Assembly (NCBI GenBank): GCA_965237675.1
Contig: OZ250150.1
Location: forward strand, 5,056,001-5,120,000
Reading direction: 5' to 3'
Length of the DNA: 64,000 nucleotides
DNA from: Candidatus Latescibacterota bacterium
GTDB taxonomy: Bacteria > Latescibacterota > UBA2968 > GCA-2709665
Part shown: positions 1-8,902 of the stretch, piece by piece
How the letters are laid out: each line of letters opens with the position of its first letter
How positions within the stretch are numbered: position 1 is the stretch's first letter
Made by a program: the position numbers and the translations under genes
Notes under the pieces: generated by a model
Told to the model about the DNA's origin: nothing
What the model saw: only the letters and a program-made list of their open reading frames with translations
Database searches by the model: none

Positions 1-85
1 CCCGCGCCGGGACACCGGAAGGAACGCCGGGCGCCACGAAGGGCGCATCGACGGTGAGTCCGGCGGCAACAAATCCATTAGGGTG

Positions 86-2323
86 TCAGAAGGTATAATT
101 GATCCCCACGGTCGGTACGATTGGCAACATCTTCACGACCTCGGGATCCGTTTGAATAGAATCCGGATCGAATTGCACAAACCATTCGTTGCGGCGGCTA
201 TAGACGTTAAACACCTGAAGGTACGCCTCCGCGTTCGCTCCGAAAAGACGGATTCCACGCTTGACGCTCAGGTCCAGCCTGTGGTACGGCAACAACCGCG
301 CGCTGTTCCGGTCCGCCGGCAGCGCATAGTTCCCGGTTCTCGCCTCGGACTCGGCGGGCTGCCTCAACCTGTATACCGCCGAGGCTGGCGTAAACGCCTG
401 TCCCGTCGCGTACAACAGATTGGCTCCAAAGGTCCACCTGCCCAGCCGCCAGTTGCTCACAAAAGAAAGGTCGTGCCGCCGGTCGTATTTGGGCGGGAAC
501 CGTTTCCCGCCGTTCAACTCCGCAAATCGCCGGCGCGTCCAGCCCAGCGTATATCCGAACCAGCCGGTAACCGACCCCGTGCGCCTCTGCAGAAAGAACT
601 CAACGCCGGTAGCGACTCCCGTTCCGCCGCTCAGAAACGCGTCTTCGGAGGTCCCTCCTTCAGAGCCGACGGCCACGTTGTTGTCGATCAGCACCAGGTT
701 CGCGAAGTCCGTATAGTATCCTTCCAACGTGAGCTGATACCGCTTCGACGGTTCCCATTCCGCGCCCGCTACTCCCTGCCAGGAGCGGCCAGGCTCCACG
801 GTATTGTCGAGAGGGACCCAGAAATCGCCGCCACTGAAAGCCTCGGTCGTCACCAGCTGGATGTACTGTCTGTACGACCCGCCGCCCCACTTCAGTCTCA
901 ACGTTGGCGTAAAGCCATGGCTAAGGGCAATGCGAGGCTCGGCGTGAAACCTGTTTCCTTCACTGAAATAGTTCGCGCGCGCGCCCATCCGGACGCTGGT
1001 CTCCGGGCGTGGGTGCCACAGATCCTGAGCATATGCCGAAAACAGAAACGGCTTCTCACGGATATCCAATTGATCGACCTGATTGAAACTCTGTATGAAC
1101 GCGAAGTCGAGCCAGGTGGCCAGAAACCCGGAATTCAACGAATGACGGCTGCTCGCGAAAAAGTCCAGATCACCCTTGATCGTGACATCCCGAATCCCGT
1201 TGGAAAACCGAATGGGGGTCTCGATCACACGTACTTCCGTATTACTTTCATATTTGCTTCCCGAGACCACAAGATTTCCGAAAATCGCGGGCGAAAACAC
1301 ATGGGTCCATCGGCCGGTGAAGGCCGTATTGCCCCACCGTACGTTGAAGAAACTCCCGTCCTCCAGGTCGATTTTCAAGTCGTCACGTCCGAAATATCCG
1401 CTGAACATCAGCTTGTCGCCCTCACCGAAATCATGATTGAACTTTGCATTGGTATCGTAGAAATAATAGTACGGTACATCGGTGTCCTCGTCCCTTATCA
1501 GCGAAAGAACCGGTTCCAGGTACGTCCGCCGGCCGGAGACCATCCAGGAACCGTTGCCCGCCGGCCCCTCCAGGGTCATTCGCGCGGAAATCAGGCTGAT
1601 TCCCCCCGTTCCCTCGAATCCCTTCCGGTTGCCATCGCGGTTGCGCACATCCAGAACGGAACCGAGCCGCCCGCCGTATTGGGCCGGATAGGCGCCTTTG
1701 TGCAGGCTCATATCCTTAATGGCGTCGGGATTGAACGTAGAGAAAAAACCGAACGCGTGCGTCGGATTGTACAGCGGGATCTGATCCAGCAGGATCAACG
1801 TCTGGTCCGGTCCGCCGCCCCGGATATACAACCCGCTGCTGATATCCGAAGCCGCCTGTATTCCAGGCAGCAACTGAAGGCTGCGCAGCAGATCCGTTTC
1901 GCCAACGGCGGGCAACTCCTGCAACTGCGCCGTCTCCAGCGTCACAAAACCCGTCTGTACATTTCGCTCTGTCTCGTACGGGTCCGCTTCAACCACAATC
2001 TCGCGGGATAAAATCGGCTCGGGGATCAACTGCACACTCAACTCCAGCAACTCGGCCCCGGAAAAACGAACCGTATCCGCGTAACTTCGGTATCCGATGT
2101 AGGAGACGACGATTGTATATTCGCCGGGAGGAATATGCTGGACCGCGTAATACCCGTCCACGTTGCTCAACGCGCCCAGCGGCGACGCGCCTCCTCTCAA
2201 AACCACATTCGAATAGGGAAGCGACTCCCCGCTGGTACCGTCTGTCACGAATCCGCTCAACGTGGCCGCCCACACCCCGCCAGGGAAAAGAAAAGCCAGT
2301 ACCAGTAACCGCATCCGGTTCAC
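86..2323 (-). CDS. TonB-dependent outer-membrane receptor with N-terminal carboxypeptidase-regulatory-like domain
   Basis: 745-aa ORF; signal peptide; LSGFVTDGTSGESLPYSNV domain start; plug motif YIRGGGPDQTLILLD..YNPTH; ends in YTF. Confidence 0.9.
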   Translation of the reverse strand: MNRMRLLVLAFLFPGGVWAATLSGFVTDGTSGESLPYSNVVLRGGASPLGALSNVDGYYAVQHIPPGEYTIVVSYIGYRSYADTVRFSGAELLELSVQLIPEPILSREIVVEADPYETERNVQTGFVTLETAQLQELPAVGETDLLRSLQLLPGIQAASDISSGLYIRGGGPDQTLILLDQIPLYNPTHAFGFFSTFNPDAIKDMSLHKGAYPAQYGGRLGSVLDVRNRDGNRKGFEGTGGISLISARMTLEGPAGNGSWMVSGRRTYLEPVLSLIRDEDTDVPYYYFYDTNAKFNHDFGEGDKLMFSGYFGRDDLKIDLEDGSFFNVRWGNTAFTGRWTHVFSPAIFGNLVVSGSKYESNTEVRVIETPIRFSNGIRDVTIKGDLDFFASSRHSLNSGFLATWLDFAFIQSFNQVDQLDIREKPFLFSAYAQDLWHPRPETSVRMGARANYFSEGNRFHAEPRIALSHGFTPTLRLKWGGGSYRQYIQLVTTEAFSGGDFWVPLDNTVEPGRSWQGVAGAEWEPSKRYQLTLEGYYTDFANLVLIDNNVAVGSEGGTSEDAFLSGGTGVATGVEFFLQRRTGSVTGWFGYTLGWTRRRFAELNGGKRFPPKYDRRHDLSFVSNWRLGRWTFGANLLYATGQAFTPASAVYRLRQPAESEARTGNYALPADRNSARLLPYHRLDLSVKRGIRLFGANAEAYLQVFNVYSRRNEWFVQFDPDSIQTDPEVVKMLPIVPTVGINYTF

Positions 2324-2510
2324 CAGGACGCCTCCCTACACCGTAAATTGCCGCGCCGGTGAACAGTCCGACGATTCTTGCGGATCGCGCGGGAAACGAG
2401 GCCAATAGAGGGGTGACCCCACGTGGGTCCGAACCGAATCCATCCCTGAGTTCCCGGATTCCGCGCTCGCGCTGCTCCGCCAGGATTCCATGTGTCTGGC
2501 ACCGGTTTTC

Positions 2511-3542
2511 TCAGGACAACCACTTGAGCAGTCGAAGCACGCCCTGTTTCACCGGATCCCGGTGAATGGACCTCGCGCCCGATTCGCTTGTCCGAGATCC
2601 ATGCCTTATATACCAATCGTAAGCCTGGATCATCATCTCCACGTTGCCGTACCCGGGTTTCCAGCCAAGCTGTTCCATCGGCTCTGAAAGGTCGAAATAG
2701 AATGGCTTGTGGTAGGTCAGGTAGTGCCAGGGCGCAAGCGGACAGATTTTCAGGACATCCAGGACCTTCAATACCGACACGGTCAATTGGACCGGCAATC
2801 CCACAATTTTCGTCTTGCTGCCAGCATGCCTGATCGTTGCGTCCAAATCGTCGCGCAGCGTCGAATACCTGTCGGCACCGATATTGAACACGCCCCGCGT
2901 CTCTCTCTCTGCGCCCAGCAGCGCGGCCGTCACCAGGTCGTCGACGTGAACAAACTGGAACCGATTGTCACCGTTGCCAATGACGTAGATATTCCGGTCG
3001 TCGCGAATCCATTCGAACAGGATCTGAAAAATGCCCAACCTGCCTGGCCCCAGAATGGTTCGCGGGCGAAGGATCAGACTGGGAAGTCCTTTCCGGGCGG
3101 CTCTCAGAACCTGCTGCTCCGCGGCGAGCTTGGCCCGACCGTAAATCTCGACAGGCGCCGCCGGGGTCTTACTGGTAATCGGACAGGCTCCAGGCACGCC
3201 GAATACCGCCGAGGACGACATGTGAATGAATAGCCTGACACCGGCGTCAAAGGCGGCGTGCGCGGCGATCCTCGTGCCACCGACGTTGACGTTCCAGAAT
3301 TCCGAGCCCGCTTTCGCCAGAGGCACCAGCGCGACGTTATGGTGCACAAATTGCACCCCCTTCATCGCGTCCTGCACGCCGCGGCGATCGCGAATATCGC
3401 ACGTCACGAACTCCGTGCCGCGCGGACGGTCCGGCGAATCGATGACATCCAGAACCCGAACGTCCTCGCCCCTGGCGTGCAGCCTTCGAACGAAATGGCT
3501 TCCCAGAAAACCCGATCCGCCCGTTACCAGATGCATTGCCAT
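2511..3542 (-). CDS. NAD-dependent epimerase/dehydratase (extended SDR, 3-beta-HSD/HpnA-like)
   Basis: TGGSGFLG Rossmann motif, SSSAV, YGRAK (YxxxK). Confidence 0.88.
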   Translation of the reverse strand: MAMHLVTGGSGFLGSHFVRRLHARGEDVRVLDVIDSPDRPRGTEFVTCDIRDRRGVQDAMKGVQFVHHNVALVPLAKAGSEFWNVNVGGTRIAAHAAFDAGVRLFIHMSSSAVFGVPGACPITSKTPAAPVEIYGRAKLAAEQQVLRAARKGLPSLILRPRTILGPGRLGIFQILFEWIRDDRNIYVIGNGDNRFQFVHVDDLVTAALLGAERETRGVFNIGADRYSTLRDDLDATIRHAGSKTKIVGLPVQLTVSVLKVLDVLKICPLAPWHYLTYHKPFYFDLSEPMEQLGWKPGYGNVEMMIQAYDWYIRHGSRTSESGARSIHRDPVKQGVLRLLKWLS

Positions 3543-4102
3543 GCGGAAGACCTGCCTGCTCCGACGCCGCGAACGACCTCGCGCGCCAGCGCCACAATTT
3601 CATAGACCAGATGCAAGGGTTTAACCCGATAGTACCAGAGGCGGTCGACAATACGCTCGTTGGGAAAAACCCTGTAGGGAACCCGGTGGACCCGTGCAAT
3701 TCTGTAGCCCAACCTGGCAAAACAATAACGCGCCCTGTAAGAGTGAATATTGGCGCAGATCAGTTCGACAGGACCCAGCGGCCATCGCTTCCGGTCGAGA
3801 AGGTATCTTCTCAATAGAAGCGCATTGCCAAAGGTATCAACATAGTCCGGCGCCCGATAGACGGGACAGTGAATCTGCGCGCAATTCGTCCTGGCTTTCA
3901 GATACGCGTATCCAGCCTCCTGCTCATAGACTTCGCCGCGAAACCGATTCGCCGGCGCCAGATACACGACAGTATCCGAAGTGGCAATTGTCGAGGTATA
4001 GTCCAATACCTGACGAAAAACAAAACTGGGCTCGGGCAGGGTCTTTCCTCGGACGTCTTTGGCCAGACCTTCCGGTACAACAACCAGAGGCCTTTGTGTC
4101 AC
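3524..4102 (-). CDS. YdcF/DUF218 (SanA/ElyC-like) family protein
   Basis: DTFGNA...ICANIHSYRARYCF resembles the DUF218 T..NA / H..RA...F motifs; GTG start at 4102 overlaps the upstream TGA (GTGA). Confidence 0.55.
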   Translation of the reverse strand: MTQRPLVVVPEGLAKDVRGKTLPEPSFVFRQVLDYTSTIATSDTVVYLAPANRFRGEVYEQEAGYAYLKARTNCAQIHCPVYRAPDYVDTFGNALLLRRYLLDRKRWPLGPVELICANIHSYRARYCFARLGYRIARVHRVPYRVFPNERIVDRLWYYRVKPLHLVYEIVALAREVVRGVGAGRSSAWQCIW

Positions 4103-5142
4103 GGAAAGAATCCCCGGTCGATACACCACCTGATGGACCGCCTCATGCCCTCCTCCAGGCCGATCCGAGGACAATAGCCGAGTTCCCGTTCGGCTTTGTC
4201 GATCGAACACGCAATGGTCTTGTTCATCTCAGAAAGTACATGCACCTCCTGGCAGTATAGTCCGGCGCGCTGGATCATCCAGTCGCAGGCTAAAGCAAAT
4301 TCACTGGCTATTGCGGGCAATCTCAACCGCTTGTGTGCGACAGGCAGGTTGAATTCATGCTCCAGAAGGCTTTCGATGGTGTCAACCGTTTCGTTCATCG
4401 AGTAAGGTGTTCGATCTGCAATCCAGTAGGTCTGTCCGTTTGCTTTCTCAATCTGGCCGGCAAGTAGAATGGCCTGGCAAAGACTGTCTATGTACGACAT
4501 CGACCGTTTATTCTCTCCTCCGCCAACCACAGGTACGCGCCCATTCTGGACCATTTTGAAAAATCGCGTCTGCCGCGGCGGTTGGCCGGGGCCATAAAAC
4601 CAGCACGGACGCAGAATCGTGGTTTCAAGTTCGCCCGACTCATGCGCCGCATTGACGATATCTTCGGCCAGTTTTTTCGACTTGCCGTAACTCATGTATG
4701 GCCGATTCGGCGAATTCTCGTCAAACAGGCGTCCGTTGTCCGTGTGATAGCCTGCCGGACTGTTGGACGAAATCATCACCAACCGCTTCACTCCGTATTT
4801 GACGGCACAGTTGACAATATTGCGTGCGCCGCCCGTATTCACGTCATAAAAATCCCTGACTCGCCTCGGATGAATGACGCCAACCAGATGAAAAAGGGTT
4901 GCTCCCTCTCCCCCTCTAAAAAACGGCTCCATGGACGCCAGGTCGCGCACATCTCCTTCCACCACGGCGACCTCCCGGGAAAAACCGCGAAGCTCCTCTG
5001 CGTTGACGCCGTTAAATACAAAACAACGTATGCGACGTTCCGCATACGGTTCCGTAAGTGCCGGCAACTCAGGTAGGCCATTGATGATGGTATCAACCAG
5101 ACGGGTGCCCAGCCAACCTGGCACCCCGGTAATCAGGACCAT
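4099..5142 (-). CDS. NAD-dependent epimerase/dehydratase (extended SDR)
   Basis: TGVPGWLG nucleotide-binding motif, YGKSK, RPCWFYGPG. Confidence 0.88.
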   Translation of the reverse strand: MVLITGVPGWLGTRLVDTIINGLPELPALTEPYAERRIRCFVFNGVNAEELRGFSREVAVVEGDVRDLASMEPFFRGGEGATLFHLVGVIHPRRVRDFYDVNTGGARNIVNCAVKYGVKRLVMISSNSPAGYHTDNGRLFDENSPNRPYMSYGKSKKLAEDIVNAAHESGELETTILRPCWFYGPGQPPRQTRFFKMVQNGRVPVVGGGENKRSMSYIDSLCQAILLAGQIEKANGQTYWIADRTPYSMNETVDTIESLLEHEFNLPVAHKRLRLPAIASEFALACDWMIQRAGLYCQEVHVLSEMNKTIACSIDKAERELGYCPRIGLEEGMRRSIRWCIDRGFFP

Positions 5143-5283
5143 GCGTGCGATTTCCTTCCTGACGCGGAAAATTCCGATCCGGCCATACCCGGACCCGATT
5201 TCGAACCGCCTGTAACCGGCGGGTTACGGGACGAAATCCTTGGCGTCGTCTTTTAGGCCGCCTCGTTCAGGCGGTGGTAGACC

Positions 5284-5700
5284 CTATTCCACATCGGCCC
5301 CGACCCACTCGCTCCTGTTACAGGTGATGTCTACGATATTTCCGTCGGGATCCAGCACCTTGAACGAGACAGGCGGACGCACACGCGGATCGACCGGGTT
5401 GCGCTCTTTCACGTTCTCCCGCACGACCTCCGCTCCCCAGGCCAGTACACGGGCCCAGGTCGCGTCCAGATCCTCGACGATCACGCCGAAATGGATATAT
5501 TCGTCTCCCTCCGCGAGCAGCGGTCGATTCGAGTCCTCCGGCTGCTGGATCAACGTGATGTTATTCGTTCCGTCGGTCATATCCAGGGCATCGCCACGCG
5601 GGCGGAGCGAAACAAAACGCCAGCCGATCACCTCTTCGTAAAACCGCCTGGACAGTTCCATATCGGCGCATCTTAGCGCCAGATGCCGCAACAAACCCAT
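5284..5700 (-). CDS. VOC (glyoxalase/bleomycin resistance/dioxygenase) family protein
   Basis: HLAL...FYEEVIG...HFGVIV...DPDGNIVD; RBS AAGGAG. Confidence 0.88.
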   Translation of the reverse strand: MGLLRHLALRCADMELSRRFYEEVIGWRFVSLRPRGDALDMTDGTNNITLIQQPEDSNRPLLAEGDEYIHFGVIVEDLDATWARVLAWGAEVVRENVKERNPVDPRVRPPVSFKVLDPDGNIVDITCNRSEWVGADVE

Positions 5701-5770
5701 GGGAATTCTCCTTGGAAGCTGTTTTAAAACCCCCAGCGGTCTTCGCGCCTGTACGGCTTGAAGCTACAGC

Positions 5771-6751
5771 CTATAGAACACCCGCGGCTCGAAGAACCGT
5801 TTCCTGCACGATCAATTCATGATCCAGAGACCGGACCGTCGGTTTCCGGCCTCTGATCTCCGCGACCATAGACCGCAAACTCCCGACGTACCTCGGTTCG
5901 ACCTCAACGGGCACCGTCTGCCATCCCTTGTTGAAGCCGTCGCGAGCCTCGTCCAGACAGAGGCGTACCTCCGGGTCCGGCTCGAGCGGCTCCATTACGA
6001 TGCTCCCTCGCGTGCCGTACACTTCGAACCGCCGCGACGGAAAGGCGGACACCTCCAATGCGGAAGACTCGACGATCGCCAACGCGTTTTCATATTCAAA
6101 AATCGCCGCGGTATTATCCCTGAATGCCGGCACGGTTCCACGTTCGTTCCTCAGGAACGACGTTACCCTGTCCGGCCGTCCCAACACCGCAACGACGATA
6201 TCCATCAGATGGCATAGCAACTCAAACAGAATGCCGCCCTTATGTACGGCCAATCCCTCACGTCTGTCGTCGTCAACCCACGTGGACATCCGGCCCCGAA
6301 CGGAAAAAACGTCCCCGAGCCTGCCGGATTTGGCCCAGTCCAGGATAAATCGAAATCCGGCGTTGTACCGGAACATATACCCGAGCTGCAACAGCAGGCC
6401 CTTTTCCCTGGCCATGGCGACCAGAGCCTGAAATTTCTCCCAGTCATCCCCCGCCGGCTTGTCCAGCCAGACATGTTTGCCTCGCTCCAGCGCTTCGCGG
6501 GCGAATTCCAGATTCTGCGCTATCGCGCCTTCCACCGCGATAGCCGCGATGGACGCGTCGTCGAGCATGTCTTCCTTGGCCTCGAACCAGTTGACACCGT
6601 CGTACGCCTCGACTGCGCCTCGCGCCGCCCGCACGGACGGGTCCAGCTCATACACGCCGCAGAAAGACACGTCCGGATTGGCCTTCAATACTGCCGCCTT
6701 GCCCGCGGCGTGCGAATGCAGGATACCGTATTGCGCAAACTTGACTTTCAT
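5771..6751 (-). CDS. Gfo/Idh/MocA family oxidoreductase
   Basis: GKHVWLDKP, LGYMFRYN, CHLMD; start placed at MKVKFAQYG after GGAAGG. Confidence 0.88.
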   Translation of the reverse strand: MKVKFAQYGILHSHAAGKAAVLKANPDVSFCGVYELDPSVRAARGAVEAYDGVNWFEAKEDMLDDASIAAIAVEGAIAQNLEFAREALERGKHVWLDKPAGDDWEKFQALVAMAREKGLLLQLGYMFRYNAGFRFILDWAKSGRLGDVFSVRGRMSTWVDDDRREGLAVHKGGILFELLCHLMDIVVAVLGRPDRVTSFLRNERGTVPAFRDNTAAIFEYENALAIVESSALEVSAFPSRRFEVYGTRGSIVMEPLEPDPEVRLCLDEARDGFNKGWQTVPVEVEPRYVGSLRSMVAEIRGRKPTVRSLDHELIVQETVLRAAGVL

Positions 6752-6893
6752 ATTTCCTTCCAGCGTGTGACAGCAGAGAGTCCCGGCAGACCGGATCTCT
6801 TCCGGACTTACAGGTAGCAACTCACCGTGTGCTCCGGGAGCATCGGGGCACGCGTTATCCCTGTCGACGATACGATTCCCTCTGGCATGACCC

Positions 6894-7047
6894 TTAACAG
6901 TCCGTTGATAAAGTTGCTCTGCGGGCGAGGTCCAGTGTCCCGTCCCAGAAATATGTTACCATTCATCCGCCGATTCATCCCGTCTCGCTGCGTTGCCTTC
7001 GCTCGGCGGCCGAATTTCGGCAATCTATTTTCGGGACAGAACACTAG
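6894..7047. repeat. MITE-like repeat, copy 1: one end of the outer element fused to an internally deleted inner CTAG element
   Basis: Reverse-complement match to 12096-12300 and 45718-45885; inner part 6932-7047 is 52 nt shorter than copy 3. Confidence 0.85.
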
Positions 7048-8018
7048 AACGGTGTCTGTACGCCCAGTTCCGCCGCAACCTTTTCCAGGTCCCTCTGGTG
7101 ATCGGGCCCGATCGGAATCCCCTCAATAACCCAGGTACGCTCCCGTTCCCATTCCAGGGCCCCCGGAAGCAGCGCGCGGTCCTCGCCCGGAAACGGTTGA
7201 AGTCCTCGCACGGCGGCTATAAAGTCATCCATCTGCCGACGAAACGCTTCCGGCGGCGCAAAACCGGAAATATCCACAGCCAGAATAAACGATCCCTGGT
7301 TTACCGCCGGCCACTCCGGCTGCGCCTCCTCCGCCGTCTGTATCCCCGCCAGCAGACCTCCCAGCGCGTGACAGACCGCACCCAGACCGAGACTCTTGAA
7401 AAACGAGGAGGGCATGCGATGGAAGATCGTCTCGAATTCCGCGTTCCCGGCCAACGCGACACCCGTTGACATGTCCAGAACCAGCGGATGCTCCCTGCCC
7501 GATGGAATTGCGAAACTCATCGGCGATGCGCCGTTGGCGGACATGATTCCTTGCGTTGACGGCAGACGCCGGACGTGCGACGACACGACAAATCCGGCCA
7601 TGCCGGCGCCGGATATTACCCGGGAATATTTGCCGGCCGCGCCAAAATGGTGATGATTGCGGGTCGCCACCGCTGCCAGTCCCGAAGCCCTGGCCTTCTC
7701 CACGGCGAGGTGGGCCGCGCGCCACGAAGCAAAATGACCCAACCCTCCGTCCCCATCGATCGTACCCGTCGTTGAGGTCTGATGCACAACGGATACATCC
7801 GGGTTGGGATTCAGGTCGCCGTCGCGCAGGAGACGCAGGTAGCGCGCGGACTGTCGCGTCCCGTGACTGAACACGCCCCGTATATCGGTACCCACAAGCA
7901 GTTCGGCCATCAGCCGCGCCCGGTCTTCGGACATATCCACCCGCCGATACATGTCGAACACAAAAGCCCGCATGTCCTCCGGCATCACCCGTACGAATTC
8001 CACGGGAACGACATTCAC
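7044..8018 (-). CDS. Ldh_2 family oxidoreductase (malate/L-lactate/ureidoglycolate dehydrogenase-like)
   Basis: DIRGVFSHG, DGDGGLG, RNHHHFGA, LVLDMST, LPGALE. Confidence 0.88.
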   Translation of the reverse strand: MNVVPVEFVRVMPEDMRAFVFDMYRRVDMSEDRARLMAELLVGTDIRGVFSHGTRQSARYLRLLRDGDLNPNPDVSVVHQTSTTGTIDGDGGLGHFASWRAAHLAVEKARASGLAAVATRNHHHFGAAGKYSRVISGAGMAGFVVSSHVRRLPSTQGIMSANGASPMSFAIPSGREHPLVLDMSTGVALAGNAEFETIFHRMPSSFFKSLGLGAVCHALGGLLAGIQTAEEAQPEWPAVNQGSFILAVDISGFAPPEAFRRQMDDFIAAVRGLQPFPGEDRALLPGALEWERERTWVIEGIPIGPDHQRDLEKVAAELGVQTPF

Positions 8019-8060
8019 GCCATATCCCTCCCGGGACCTGCCCCAAAAAAAGACCGGGAC

Positions 8061-8747
8061 CTACATGATCCCATACCGGTCAAACGCCTCTCGCGCGGAC
8101 GTCCCGCCTTCAATCGCCTGCCTAACCCGGTTCTCTCCCCGAACTTTATCCAACGCCCGGTTAATGACGTCAGTCTCGGCGTCTTTAGGGACAATCACCA
8201 CGCCATCCAGATCTCCGAACACGATGTCACCCGGAGACACCGCGGCTCCGTTTGAAAATGTGAGCGCACATCGGTAGTCGACCACGCGCCCCCGGATTCG
8301 CTGGTCCTGCGCATATCGACCGGCGCAGAACGTCGGGAAATTCAATTCCAGTATTCCCCGAGTGTCGCGGCTGAATCCGTCCAGAACGGCGCCAGCGGCG
8401 CCCAGCTTCATCGCCCTCGTACTCATCAGCTCACCCCAGAGCGCATAGGTGGGCGATGCCCCTGTACATATATAGACTTCGTTCGCGGCCAGATCATCGA
8501 GCGCCTCGAACTTCAAGCCGAACGGCCGGTCGCCGTCCGCGGAACGGATTGACCGGTCCGCGTTATCGGCCTCCAGGACCGGCATCGCCCGGCCCGTGAC
8601 GACCATATCTTCCCGCAGTGGCTGAATCGCCGGTGGCAGAAACTGCCTGACCAGACCCACCTCATCCATCACGTCGCCCACCACGGCGGTGAACAGTTCG
8701 CGCTCCATCAGCTCAAAAAGGCCGGCATCGTCCCGCCATTCCGCCAT
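8061..8747 (-). CDS. RraA family protein (HMG/CHA aldolase-like)
   Basis: TAVVGD, WGELMS, DGFSRD, PGDIVFGDLDGVVIVP; start at MAEWRDD inferred. Confidence 0.88.
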   Translation of the reverse strand: MAEWRDDAGLFELMERELFTAVVGDVMDEVGLVRQFLPPAIQPLREDMVVTGRAMPVLEADNADRSIRSADGDRPFGLKFEALDDLAANEVYICTGASPTYALWGELMSTRAMKLGAAGAVLDGFSRDTRGILELNFPTFCAGRYAQDQRIRGRVVDYRCALTFSNGAAVSPGDIVFGDLDGVVIVPKDAETDVINRALDKVRGENRVRQAIEGGTSAREAFDRYGIM

Positions 8748-8902
8748 AACGTCGGTCTCCGCAACTCCGTTTTTGCTTAAGTTGGCCAAAGCGGGATCGG
8801 ATAATCCGACCGATGAACCGGAAACATCGGGCACCGATAGCCGGCCGGTCCCGATCCGGCGACCACCTTTCGCGCCCACCCGGATTCAAGGGCATCAGGG
8901 CA

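Noticed and set aside
1-85. Start of a gene downstream of the TonB receptor
   Set aside because: Too short, no RBS or recognisable motif
83-2011. 642-aa plus-strand ORF and other long antisense ORFs (e.g. 27148-28695, 52181-54061, 18540-19868)
   Set aside because: Shadow frames opposite well-supported genes, expected with GC-rich codon bias; no recognisable motifs
6808-7129. Short similar ORFs at 6808-7129, 12024-12392 and 45585-46006 (RNMxPFIRRFIP-like)
   Set aside because: Translations of the MITE copies, not a protein family
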